A stretch of DNA of 64,000 bases from Eutreptiella sp. 'Long Island Sound 2002' (Eukaryota; Protista; Euglenida), in NCBI GenBank assembly GCA_964036045.1, contig OZ038378.1, positions 14,942,001 to 15,006,000 on the forward strand. Direction: 5' to 3'. The translations under genes and the position numbers were made by a program. Below the pieces are notes generated by a model. That model saw nothing but the letters and a program-made list of their open reading frames with translations, searched no databases and was not told where the DNA came from. Below, piece by piece: positions 34,969 to 46,527 of this stretch. Every line of letters begins with the position of its first letter. The stretch's first letter is position 1.

Positions 34969-37909
34969 CTGCAGAAGGATCAGGGCAAGGCTCCAAAGAT
35001 TGTCCACCAGGCCTAGGCCCCTACCCTGTGCTTACACGGGTGGGGGGGGGGGGGGGGAGGAGAAACATAGGCCTCCTAATACATCCAGTGTGACGCAGTT
35101 GTTGGGTTTTTTTTAAGGGAATCCTCCAACTGAAAACGGGTATTTGGTAAAAATTTGCACCGAATGAGGTAAACTTAGTGAAATGTGGTAAAACTTAGTA
35201 GAAATGAGTTAAACTTAGCCACAAAAGGAGATTGAAAAAGTTTTCACTAAGTTTTACGCCCCCCCTTTTTTTAAGAAGCAACTTCACACGTCGATGGTAG
35301 GTGGTACTTTTGTTTAATGGCATACAGCCCCCGGGTCAATTCGCAGCCACTCGTGCTAGTGGTGCCCCACCCATGCCATTCCATCCTACACATGTGTCCC
35401 TGTAGATCATAAAAATTACAACACCCCTCCCCGTAAATCTAGCTCAGAAGAACAAGCCAGCAAGCAACAAACACATCTCCTTTCCGTTTTGGCCATTACT
35501 CCATTCCAACAGGCTCAACTCCACTCTAGCCATCCTTCAGCCAAAAACTGGCCAATGGTGCCCCGGGGCAGAGGCGCCAAATCGTGAGGTGCCCTCCCAA
35601 ATCTGCGCAGTTTTGAGCCAAGAACAGCCGTTTTTGCCCAAGAGAGACGTAGAACCTGTTCAAAACGGTCAAATGAAGGGAAACAGTTGCTACACTCCAC
35701 GTGCGGCCTGACTTTCTCGTGTTTAAGAACCCTTTGGTGCCCTCGAACTCCATGACACATTCAAGAAACGCCTCCATAAGGCCCCCAAAAGCCCATAATC
35801 TGATCCGATTGGCCGCAACTAGCCTACAACCAAGAACAAGCCGTATCTTGGGCTACGTGGCTCAAAATGCAATTCCGAGGGCACCTGGTCCACCTTCCAC
35901 CTGCAAACCCCCACTTTTTGAAGTTTCCACCCCTCAAAATCAATTAATCAGACGCCAAGACCCCTATACCAATGCCCAATTGGCTGCAGCAAGCTGCACA
36001 CTCAAGCCCAAAACTAGCAGGTGTGGAAATGCGTCAACGGGGTCTACCGGTGGCCAAAAAAAAAAGACTTTTTCCAAAAATGATCCTAGACAACAACTGT
36101 TTTTGGCCTGTTTTGAGGCCATGGGAGCCCTTGTTGGCCCAAAACTAGTGCCCGGCATAAAAAACTTCGCACTATGTGCAAGTAGTCCCCTATGATTCCA
36201 CCTCTAAGGCAGGGGGGACGGGGTGTGACTTCATGTGATACATGGACAAAAAGGGGTTAAACACATGCAGAAAAGTGCTCCTGGAAAGAGGATAAAGTCG
36301 ACAAGGGGGACTGACTCCTTGCCTTAATCCAAGTTGTTGAAGGAGGGGTTCGGTTTAAAGGGGAGGGGTCCGGTTTAAAGGGGGGGGGGGTGGTCCGGTT
36401 CAAAGGGGAAGGGTAGGGTTTGAAGGGGAGGAGGTTTACGGGGGGGAGAGGCTCTACTATCCACCATTAAAATATTGGGTGCACTATGCGCACACGTAGA
36501 GCCGTAAACCCACAAACCCATGGCGCCGTAAAAAATGCACTCTTTTTACAAGGTGCACACGACAGGGCTTTAACCCCGTGGAACGGAAATGTATGACCGA
36601 TGAAAAATCTGCGGCGCCAGCGACGTAAACATTGATGAACACTTGGTCCAATTTCACATTTTCTCTATACCAGATTGTATCTGAAAAACACAGTTCTAGC
36701 GGCATCTTAAACTCATAGTGCAGGACCCAGACCTTGTTTAGAAATGCTACGACAGGTCATTGGCACCCTGCGGAAATGTGTAAAACAGATCCACAAAAGG
36801 ATAGATAGTTGTAGGTTGCATTTTCTGGCGAAGTTAGAAGATGTCTCCCTAATTGGACAATTGTAGCAGGGGGAATATTGATCAGATGTGCCCCAAACAG
36901 TCTTCGATGCTCCCATTTATTTTAATTTTCAGTGTAATGATCAACCCTCAATCGCACGTCTCAGTACAAAAATATTTACGGCAGCAACACCACAAAAAAA
37001 TTGTTAGCCTGGTGGTTGGCACCCCATACAATAATTGAAACACATGTTCTCAGTCTAACAGAGAAGGGCAGAGATGGACAAATTGGGAGGAACTTGCATA
37101 GTCCATTTATACCACTGCTATGCTACCAGTCATCCCCTCTCATAGCATGTGATGTGGTCACAGGCGCAAACAATGAGCCCCCCCCCCCCCCACTTGGTTG
37201 TTACATCCCACGTCACATCAAAGTCGAAGTCCTCATTTGTTGTAGGTGCATGATCAAAACCTGAGTGCTGTGGAACAACAGGGTCCGGTTGCATAAGGTT
37301 GTCCTGCTTGGCAGTGTCCTTGTAGACGGGTGTTACAGCACCCGCTTCAGTTTTGTCATTCTCCATTGCACCAAATGTGGTGTCACCATCACTCAATTTG
37401 TACCCGGGTAATTCATGGGGTTCCTACCTAGCCGTTGCAAGGATGTCTGTTGTACTGAGCTCCTCTACCTTGTCGTCAAACGCTACAGGCTCGTTGGCCG
37501 GAGGCAGCGCCTACCACCACGGGGTGCCTTTTTGATGCCTTTTGATGCCCGGGGGTGACACAGAGAGCCCATTTCAACCATCCCAACACACATTTTCATC
37601 CCATGACCCCTCCCCTGTTCCAGCCACCCCAAGGTACCGCAGAAAACACAATGCCTGCAATGTCACCAGCAAGTGGGAAAATTGAACAGCCTAACAAGAA
37701 CAGTTATCGGTGAAAATTGCAAAATTGCAGTTGACTGCTTATCTTGCTGCACAAGCGTTTTGGTGTGTGGTGTTGTTGTAACAATTTTCTAACCATGGAA
37801 ACACAACAATAAAGCACCAGGTGATGGTAGCAACAAACTAACCCAGACACAAGAATTTTGTTTGCCTGTGAATAACAGCCAGTAACCGACACTGTAAGTA
37901 GCCAAATAT

Positions 37910-38415
37910 CAGGGCTCAGAAGTACCCGGCTCTGGTGGCGGGTACTGTACCCACAAACGTACCCACAATGTACCCATGGCAAGGAAAAATGGGGGAAAAT
38001 GGGGGAAAATGGGGAAAAATGGGGGAAAATGGGGGGGAAATGGGGAAAAATGGGGGAAAATAAGGAAACTTGGGTGGTGCAACTGGTCCCCTTTCCCCCC
38101 ATTTCCTCCCCATTTCCTCCCCATTTCCCCCCATTTCCCCCCATTTTCCCCCATTTTCCCCCATTTTTCCTCGGGAGCTTTCCCCATTTTCCCCCATTTT
38201 TCCTCGGGGGCTTTCACCAATGCGCCCCCCCCACAGCCTTGTTGCCAACCTAAACCTTGATTTTTGGCCTTTTCAGCCCCTAAATTTCCCATTTTTCCAC
38301 CAAGCAATCTGAATTTCCCTCATTTACCCCCATTTTCCCCCATTTTTCCTACTTTGGCCCATTTCCCGGATAGTGTTCCGCTAAACGTACCCAAACTGGG
38401 TACTTCGGAGCCCTG
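37910..38415. mobile_element. hAT-type MITE (506 bp) with 20-bp TIRs and a 6-bp TSD, in kinase intron 1
   Basis: The TIRs CAGGGCTCAGAAGTACCCGG and CTGGGTACTTCGGAGCCCTG match 18/20. AAATAT lies immediately outside both ends. The interior consists of opposed AAATGGGGG / CCCCCATTT arrays. Confidence 0.85.
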
Positions 38416-38899
38416 AAATATATGGCCACTGAGGTCCTGCCACCACACATGGGGGTATAGCTCAGGTTCACGAAAACCGTAAAATTGCATTACTGTATAT
38501 TTGTTGCAAAGCCCCCTTTTCATAATCAGCTTCTGCAACTGAGTACTTTCGTGTTGCGGTACAAAACCTCTGAGGCCATTCCGCCAGCAGTCAAGGACCT
38601 GTACACAACTTGCAGGTTCCCCACTCCTGATCCAAATTCTCCATCTCTGCCCTATCTCAAACCCTACAAAAGACCCTACAAATGACCTGCCCTGCCTGAG
38701 GCAGGCTGTTACTGTCCACACCATTGTCTCGTTATTTGACCATGTTGTTGCTTGCCTGTGGATAGGTGAAGAGAAGGGAAAGGGGTGTAGTCTCTATTCC
38801 TTCGGGGGGGGGGGGGGTTTCCCTGCTACCATGGCAAGGAAAACAACATGTGAAAGCACGCAACACATAATCATAAGTGGACCAACTCCTGGTGCACAC

Positions 38900-39333
38900 C
38901 TCAGCTTTGCAAAATGGATCTGGTTCATGAAGAACTCCCGGCGCATCTTCTCTGGCAGGTACCTGTCCTTCGTGTTGTACTGCTTAATGATGACCAGCCG
39001 CCCTCTCCAAGTCCCATTCTTGACCACATTCACGCGCCCTGCCCCCAGTTCGTGTGATACCGTGACCTGAGAGGCAATGCCTTGGCAATCCAGAAAGGGC
39101 TCCGGGTCGTCATCATGCTGTGTGCTAGGTTCATGCACAACGCTGACAGGCCAATCTTGCACAGGCCCCTCAGGTTTTGGGCTGCTGACCATGGGGTCAG
39201 GCTTGGGAGGAGTGCTTGTGGGTGAGGGGCTGCTGTGGGGGCGAGTGATGGTGTGCATCATCAGGTGCATGTACGCCATGGCACTGGCCATGGCAATTGC
39301 AAGCACCATGGCCAGTGTTTGGCGCACATTCAT
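38900..39333 (-). CDS. Secretory-pathway protein kinase (PKDCC/VLK-POMK-like), exon 1 of 5
   Basis: MNVRQTLAMVLAIAMASAMAYMHL is a signal anchor, followed by a Pro/Ser stem, LDC...ELGAGRVNVVKNGTWRGRLVIIK (Gly loop and beta3 Lys) and an alphaC REFF. The phase-2 donor AG|GTGTGC is at 38899. Confidence 0.85.
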
Positions 39334-41432
39334 GCGCTCTACGGGGACCATGAGGCAGAACGCAGGAAGCAGTGTCGGGGGAACACGGGGCAAGCAGGTG
39401 CTCAACTACGTTTTATGATCCACATCATTTGCGTCTACTGAGTGTGGGGGAGGAAGAGTGCAGTTTTTGAGGGGTTCTGCGCGTGGTTTGGTCTCAGAAA
39501 AGCGTCTGCACATGTCTTGCACTGATGTGCCAGGCCGATGAACATTGCTGTTTTTTGATTTTTGGCCTTCACAACATTTGCTTCTATTGCTTTCCCCTCA
39601 TCCCCACAGGCAGCAGCGCAGCATCACCTGCCATCGAAGACTCAACGAAGCAGTGTCAAGTGGGATGGATACAAGTTGGTGATCTGGGCCTCTTGTGCAA
39701 GCATGGCCTGATCCAACCATTCTGGGGCACACCTTTGCAGCCAGCCATGTAAAAAGGGGCTGAGTCACTTGGATGAGGCTAGTTGCATTGGAGAGAACGG
39801 TGCTTGTTCCCTTCTGGTGTGTGCACCATGGTTTCATCGTTCTGGGGTTTGCTGATAGAAACTCAAATTCGATGCTTTTGATTGCCCCATCAGGGGGTGT
39901 TGTCGCATGGTGTGTGCACAGTGCGGCACGTTCGTGATATTTCCGGAGATTTTACCCAGTGAACAGGCCACTCTCAAAAAAACTGTGGCAGGTGTTCCTA
40001 GAGGCTTGGATGGTTCTTGTTTTTTTTTGGGGGGGGGGGGGGATGAAGCACTGGATACTTAGCTTCTGTATAACCCCTGGGGCACAGGTATACCATCATT
40101 GCTCTTCAGAACAGTACCGGATGTTGCCTTGAATTCACTGCTTGCTTTGTTGGGGGGGGGTGGGGTGACCCAAAGTGTTCAATTCTGAGTGCTCCCAACA
40201 AAAAGCAGGCTCTTATGATGCACTGGATCCCCAACAAGAGACCAGGGCACTAAGGGATTGACCCATAGCTCATATGGTGAACATCATGATGCTCTCTGTT
40301 GCGGTAGGCGACCACCACGCCATTGACAGCATATTTTGTGATGAGTAGATTCACTATGTAGTGCTGTCCCATACGAAGCGCATTGCAGCAATGATGTCGT
40401 ATCGTTTGGTCATGGATTCTTGGGCACCCTCATCCACTCTTCCGCGCTCTCCTTGGGCACCCTTTGGATGCTAGGCATTGCTGCAGGTGGCGTGCGCACT
40501 CCGCCACCCTATGATGGAGAAATGTTTTGCCCTATGCCAATGCTCGTAGCCATCTTGCAACCCATTTTGCTGCCATTATTAAGGCATGTCGTGCTTGTGA
40601 GGAGATTGTTGCCCACCTACAAACAGACATGGATTTCGCCATGCATCATCGTCCTCCGGCGGTGCTGGAACCAGGGCTAGCCAAGGTACTGTGGCACTTG
40701 CGGCACTTGCTGAGCATGTTGATAGTCTAGGAGTCCTGCAAGCATCCGTCCATGTAGTGCACCAGCCCAAGTCCTCTGTAGCACCCTTGTGGCAGGTGCA
40801 GTGTGTGATGAGCCCTTTGCATGGCCCCTCCCAGGTCCCACGTGGCGGTTCCTTGGTGTCCTTTGGCACCGCCGCCGCGTACCGGACAAGTATTTGTTCA
40901 ACACGGGCTACGTTTCTGTTGGTAAAGAGGGAGGACGTGGTCTGATCTCCAAGCACAGTGGTGCGCACCTAGGATTCAGGCAAGATGGTTGACACCATTT
41001 TGTAATGCCCTGTGGTTCTTGCACGAGGCCTTTCTGACTACATTCATGTGTATCTTCACTTGATGTCTGAATGCCCCCCCCCCCCCCCCGCAATGCCTGC
41101 CCTCGGGGTCGCCACATATCGACTTCCAAAGACCTCTTGATGTACTTGTCCCTTTTAGATTCGGATTGAGCTTGAGGTTGAGTACATGGGGGAGGTTCAT
41201 CCACTCTTGCACATAGTTCTTGGCAAGGAGGTCCCCATAGCTATTGTGGGTCGGGGCAAGGCGCTGAAGTTCTTCATTGATCAAAAGTTTATGAAGTAAA
41301 CTTCAGTTTAAATTGGGCAAGGGGGTGGGAGGAGGGCACCTTGTGCGCGCTCGCCTAGTGTTTGTTTGTTTTGTGGTGTGCTGTCGCCCTGACCATGACC
41401 ACGAAAACCAACCCATTACCTTCGAGGACTAC

Positions 41433-42392
41433 ATGGAGCAGGGACAACATCAGCTGGCCAAACAGCTTTTGAGCGCCGCAACGCTGCAGCAGGACCCGGA
41501 CGGACTCGTGAATGCAGCTAAGGAGGCGAACATCGACGTCGTGGAGCTGGCGGACAGAATGCGGCAGAAGTACAGACTAAAGGGGTCCATGGAAGGCATA
41601 TACGAGCAAGCCGTAGCCTTCGGGACCCTGCACAAACACGCTTTCAATTGGAACGATTGCACCTTCTACATGTCCGCCGAACACGCGCAGGCAGTGGCGG
41701 GAAGTGGATTCCCCGAAAAGGGGCGTACAGACGTGGTGTCGCTGACGGGCAGCTCGACCGCAGGCGACTCGCCGAAGGACAACGTGGCAGCTGCGGACCT
41801 GAAGCGCATGAGGCAAGAAACGGAAGCCATGAAAATCACAATGGAACGGCAAGTCCAAGCAATACAGGAGCTGCAGGCAGCCAAGACGGGGCCGCAACTA
41901 CAAAAGGTGGTGTTTGTACGGAAAGCGGGCCAGGAGCTGGAGGCGAATGAGGGAAAGCCCGACTGGGCCCGGGCGCTGGCGGGGGCAATGGCAAGTTGGG
42001 CATCCGAAAATGTACAGAGCATGCTGGACTCCAAATACGAGGCGGCCATTAGGGCCCTGTCGGAGGTGTGGTCCCACGTGCTGTTCAAGGTCGAAAAGGA
42101 GGAGGTAAACCTGCACCTGAATGGAGCGCAAGAGACACCAAATGCGAGCAAGTCGGGGCCTTCGGAGACAAAAATCGCGGACAAGCCGAAGGGCGGGAAG
42201 GTGGCCCCACAACATTTGCAGGACCGGAGGCGCGAGCGAGTGAAGGATAGGTTCACCAATATGGGGACGCCGGAAGAAGCGTACGAGTCCAAAGGAGGAA
42301 AAGTGCTCAAGACGGGTAAGCCGCCGCGGTATCCTTGCGACGTGTGCCGCATCAAACACTGGTGGTTCCAGTGTCCGGTCGAGAGCGACTGA
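41433..42392 (+). CDS. Gag-like ORF of a retroelement with a C-terminal zinc knuckle
   Basis: The ORF is open for about 320 codons from the ATG at 41433; an out-of-frame ATG at 41395 suggests a 5' frameshift. It has a coiled-coil-like middle and ends with CDVCRIKHWWFQC (CX2CX3HX4C). Confidence 0.7.
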   Translation: MEQGQHQLAKQLLSAATLQQDPDGLVNAAKEANIDVVELADRMRQKYRLKGSMEGIYEQAVAFGTLHKHAFNWNDCTFYMSAEHAQAVAGSGFPEKGRTDVVSLTGSSTAGDSPKDNVAAADLKRMRQETEAMKITMERQVQAIQELQAAKTGPQLQKVVFVRKAGQELEANEGKPDWARALAGAMASWASENVQSMLDSKYEAAIRALSEVWSHVLFKVEKEEVNLHLNGAQETPNASKSGPSETKIADKPKGGKVAPQHLQDRRRERVKDRFTNMGTPEEAYESKGGKVLKTGKPPRYPCDVCRIKHWWFQCPVESD

Positions 42393-42760
42393 ATGGAAGG
42401 AGGCCTCCGTCGTCTGGGGGCGGGGAGGGGCACGGCTGGCACGCACAGCACTCACACTGGGAGTGCGCTCTCAGCAAGTTCGAGCGACTGCGGAAACAAG
42501 ATGCCCTGCACAACTGGCAAACGTTCGTTTTGCTGGGTGGGAGGACTCATCTTTGGGGACATACCAGTGCCACCTAAGGCGGCTGGTCGCGGTGGAGCGC
42601 CGGTTCCCGCACGACGCGGCGGGGCGGGTGCTCGAGGAGGCGCTGTTGGATTGGGGATTGGGGACTGGATTGCCAGATTGGGGAAGTCTGAAAGCACACT
42701 CAAGGGAATCACCTGCGCACTCTGCAAAATCCAAACGGTTGTGATGTGGTCGCACGGAGT
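42393..42760 (+). pseudogene. Probable tyrosine-recombinase N-terminal (core-binding) fragment, truncated and frameshifted
   Basis: WEDSSLGTYQCHLRRL and, after a frameshift, KSESTLKGITCAL resemble the S..T...Y and ST.K.Y..A helices of YR core-binding domains. No catalytic R-H-R-Y residues are visible. Confidence 0.4.
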
Positions 42761-44179
42761 GAGCAACCATTGCTTTTTGTGGGTCTTTGCACGGTTGGTC
42801 AGGGTGCTTGGAGCAAGCAAATTCCCCACAGTGCAGCGGCAGGTCCCTTGTCCCCGGTTTGAGCTTGCACTTGGCTTCTTAGCCTTCGGTGACACAAATG
42901 TAAGGGCATACTGCAGCGAAAAGAGTATCCACAGCACCCGCAGGCACACCCTTGGTCCCACTCAACGAGAATATCCGCATCTCCCCCATCATGTCGTTGG
43001 CATCGCCAGCCTCAGCATTTTCCACAACCGAAGGTGATGCACCCATTTCATTCAACGTGAGGATTGCCACCTTGTCACCGTTATGGTCCAGCTTTGGTAC
43101 CACCCGTAGCTTTGACAGTGCTACTCGGAAGGGGCGCAACGCATCACTTGCCGAGAGTTTGCACTTCTCAACAATGGACTAGGGAGGATACTCGGAGGAT
43201 GGTGTTTAAACCCACTTGCCAAAATTCAACTTGATGGCCATATTTCTTGTAACCAATTTTCACACACGGGCCAGTTCCTGTGGATTCCGTGGAAGATGGG
43301 AGACATGTATCAAGAACTAGTTTTAATAATAGGTTTTGGCACAGATGCGCTTTGCAAAGCGCATACCACCTGAGAAGAATTACATCATGCCCCTATTGTG
43401 ACTAATTAGCCCCGGAGCGCTCTTCGGAGCGCAAATTGGGTCACATGAAATCGAGCACGTCTTGACATTGATTGGCATCCGGGCCCAGTACTGGTCGAAG
43501 GGTTGTACATGTAACACCTGAAAGTCGGTGGCGGGGCCAATTTTAGCGTCACAACCATTGTTCGTGTCAGTTCGGTAAACGTTGAATCACAAGGGAATAC
43601 CTTCCTTACAGACTTTGGCGAAATTTCTGAGCCCCTCCTCACATTTGTTCTCCATCGATAACACCATGCACTTTAATGGTCTCCGGGCTTTCCACACATC
43701 CTCCTGACAACAAGCATACAGAGGAATTTAAAACCAATGTGCCCTGCAGAGCTCACCGTGTAAAAGACATCAAAATGAAGGGCAAAAATCTAGCAAATGT
43801 TGTTGAGAGCGCTCCACAGAGCGCAACTTCACCAATTGGCACTAATTTAGGGGGTAGTAAGCAGTATAACGGTTTCTCTGGTCCGCAGCTCTAGCCAGTC
43901 TTCCGTAACCTAGACTTCACGGTGATTTTCTCATCTTGCTTCCACTCGTCACTTTGTTACTCCCGCCAGATTGTGTTCCCTGGTACAACTCCCCCTGGTA
44001 CAACACCATGCCAGCCACAGACCACTGTTGAGCTTGGGAGGCCTTGATTGCCCAGGGGAGTGAAGCAACGGATACTCAGCTACCATGTGACCCCCCTGTC
44101 ACAGGCCATAGGTCACATCTCGAACCAGTGCTGAATGTTGCCTTGAGTTCGCCCCTCGGAATGTTTCATAGGCTGGTTC

Positions 44180-46183
44180 TCACCGCAGCCTCGGTTGTTT
44201 GGGCCAGACATCAGGATATTCATCAGAGCAGCCACTGGACACCCCTGACCCCCCTGAGCGATTGGAGTCTGTATCCCAAGAGTCGGGCATTTCTTCCAAC
44301 CCCAGCTCTTCCCAAATGTCTATCATCTGTTTTGCCTTTTGCACATCATGCAGAGCCTGTTTGGCTCCTTTGGGAGCTCTGGGGTCTGCCTCTTCGATTC
44401 CTGCTACCCCAACATGTGATGGCACCCACAGGATCTCAACACTGTCTGCTAGAAGCTACCACCGATCCCACAGCTCTGTCCACAAGTCTTTGTGTGCCAG
44501 GGGCCCCTGCGACCCCACCCACTTGTGCCTCGCCCACTTTTCACACTTGGATTGCAGTCCCACACATACCAGCTCTGAATCAGATACAATTAGCAGTGGT
44601 TTACAAGGGGTTTTGTGCTTGATCGCATGCAGCACTGTTGTGAGCTCAGCTCTGGTGATTGTTTGCTTTTCATGCACAGTGAGGGGTAACTCTGTGTTGC
44701 GCTCGTCATGCGGTCCAAACCACACCCCATAGCCAGCAAAATTCACTCCCCCTTCTTCATTTTTGGATCCATCCACATATACGATGTCCCATCCCTGCTG
44801 GAGTTTTTCGGAGATGACAGCCAGTTTTTCTGGTAAAATATGGGCCCAATTATGTTTCTTTGGTACATGTATGGCCTTGGGCCTCACCATTGCTCCCCAG
44901 GGTTGCACGAGAGGAAACATCTGTTGTCCTTACTGGAACCGGGTTAGGCATTCACACAAATGACTTGCCTCCTGCGTAACACAGGACGTTTGGGCTGCTG
45001 AGGCCCAGGTCATCACAATTGTGGACCACACAGAGACAAAGTCGGTCAGCGCCAAACTCACCACCCGAAATCTCGCCTCACACCTCAGCACCCACCCAGC
45101 TCGTGCCGCTGCCCATATAGCCAAACCCTGAGTTGTCTGCAAGGAGAGGAGGGGGTTGTCAACCAATAACTTATTCATAGGGCACATTGCCCCTGTACAG
45201 TCCCACACAGGACCAAAGGCTTTGGTGATGATATCACAAGCCACAGACCAGAATTTGCATCCGCTCGGCACATGTTTAATTGTTTCTGTTTTGGCACACA
45301 AGTCACAGTTTGGTTGGTGATATGCTTTTTGCGTCCGTGCCCCCACTGTCAGTTTCTTCCACAACGCTTTGCGCACAAAGTCTCTTTGAACCCCCGGCAT
45401 TTTCAGTTTTGCCAGCTGTTCCCACACTTCCGGCTCTTGCCGTTTTTGTGGTTCCTCCAGCGGCTGCATTGCTGTCAACATTTTTGACCCATGTTTGTTC
45501 CATGCAATAGGGAGATCCTGGATTGGCAGAGAGGAGACAAATGGTATTGCAGACTGGTATATTGTCTGCCAGGTCGGGGGTAAGGTAAGTGACGCCTTCA
45601 CCCCCCCCCCCCCCTCCATGACCTCAGCCAGTTTGGTGACCCCTTTTCGGACCAATTTCGGCGAGTAGTATGTGTGTCCTTTGGAATTCCTGAATAGCAC
45701 ATTGTGCCATAACGGCATTTTGTCTGGTGGCCCCGCCAGTGGGGGTGCTGGCGCTTTCTGACGCAGTTGAGAGAACACTTGGCATGATGCTTGAATCCAT
45801 GTGCGTGGTCGCAGCCGTACCACGGCTAGCCGCAAGTATGGGTAAAATTGCGGATTCAATGGGAGCCCCACATCTTTCGTCCATGATTTGAACCCCTTGA
45901 CCCACATTCCCCTGAATTGCAACTTGTCCTTTAGGATTGATTGAAAGAGTTGGCCGAACTGGTACCTCACCCACACTGCCAGCGGATATGTTGCCACACC
46001 ACCACGACTAACTGGCTCTGCCACCATTGCTGAGCTCAGGTCCCATGAAGATAGCCCCAGTGCCATTTTGAATATCACATTCAACGCAGACAACAATTTC
46101 TGTGAGGGCTCGTAAATTTTAGGTGTCAGTTGGACCACCGGCTGAATCCATATTCGGAATATTTCTGCTTTTTCCGTGCGTGT
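44180..46183 (-). mobile_element. L1-like non-LTR retrotransposon, 3' part of ORF2 (zf-RVT plus RNase H), degenerate
   Basis: FVRKALWKKLTVGART...CDLCAKTETIKHVPSGC is the RT-associated zinc-binding region. RNase H motifs follow: IVYVDGS, GYGVWFG, RAEL, VSDS, SHVG, EEAD. Stops and frameshifts separate the segments. Confidence 0.85.
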
Positions 46184-46458
46184 GTACTCGTCCTGGGCCC
46201 AGCCCTCAAGGGAATTCTGGAGCGCCCTATGTGCCTCGCGGGTTGTCGCCGCCCCGGGCGCCTGTACGGATCCTGGGGCCTAGCCCACAAGGGAATTCCT
46301 AAGCGCTTCTCTGGTTGTATTCCGTCCTAGGGCGCGCGTACTCGTCCCGGGGCCCAGCCCGCAAGGGAATTCCTACGCGCCCCATGTACTTCGCTAGCTA
46401 TCGCCGCTTCGGGGCCGCCCGTACTCGTCTTGGGGCCCAGCCCTCAAGGGAATTCCTG
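46184..46458. repeat. Four ~37-bp direct repeats with 37-46 bp variable spacers at the 3' end of the DIRS-order fragment
   Basis: The core GTACTCGTCCTGGG(G)CCCAGCCC(T/A/G)CAAGGGAATTC(C)T starts at 46184, 46264, 46338 and 46421. Confidence 0.85.
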
Positions 46459-46527
46459 AGCACCCTGCACATCTCTGCGGCTGGCTTCTGGTCCCGTCAC
46501 CGCGCTATGCTGTGCACCGACTCCGTG

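Noticed and set aside
36600-36660. piggyBac-like 'IDE' motif (VNIDEHLVQF)
   Set aside because: It is a single short motif in a stop-rich frame, and no other transposase motifs were found.
37909-38312. GKMGEN / FPPFSP repeat ORFs
   Set aside because: These are translations of the MITE's internal AAATGGGGG arrays.
38420-38530. NKYTVMQFYGF as kinase exon 2
   Set aside because: The acceptor is poor, and the exon at 34968-34772 supplies HPNLMKVHGVC with the correct phases.
39600-41290. Decayed ORFs upstream of the kinase
   Set aside because: They look protein-like but are interrupted by many stops, and no diagnostic motif was recognised.
46184-46458. CRISPR array
   Set aside because: The context is eukaryotic with no cas genes. 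The repeats are imperfect and the spacers resemble each other, so this is a diverged tandem array at a retroelement end.
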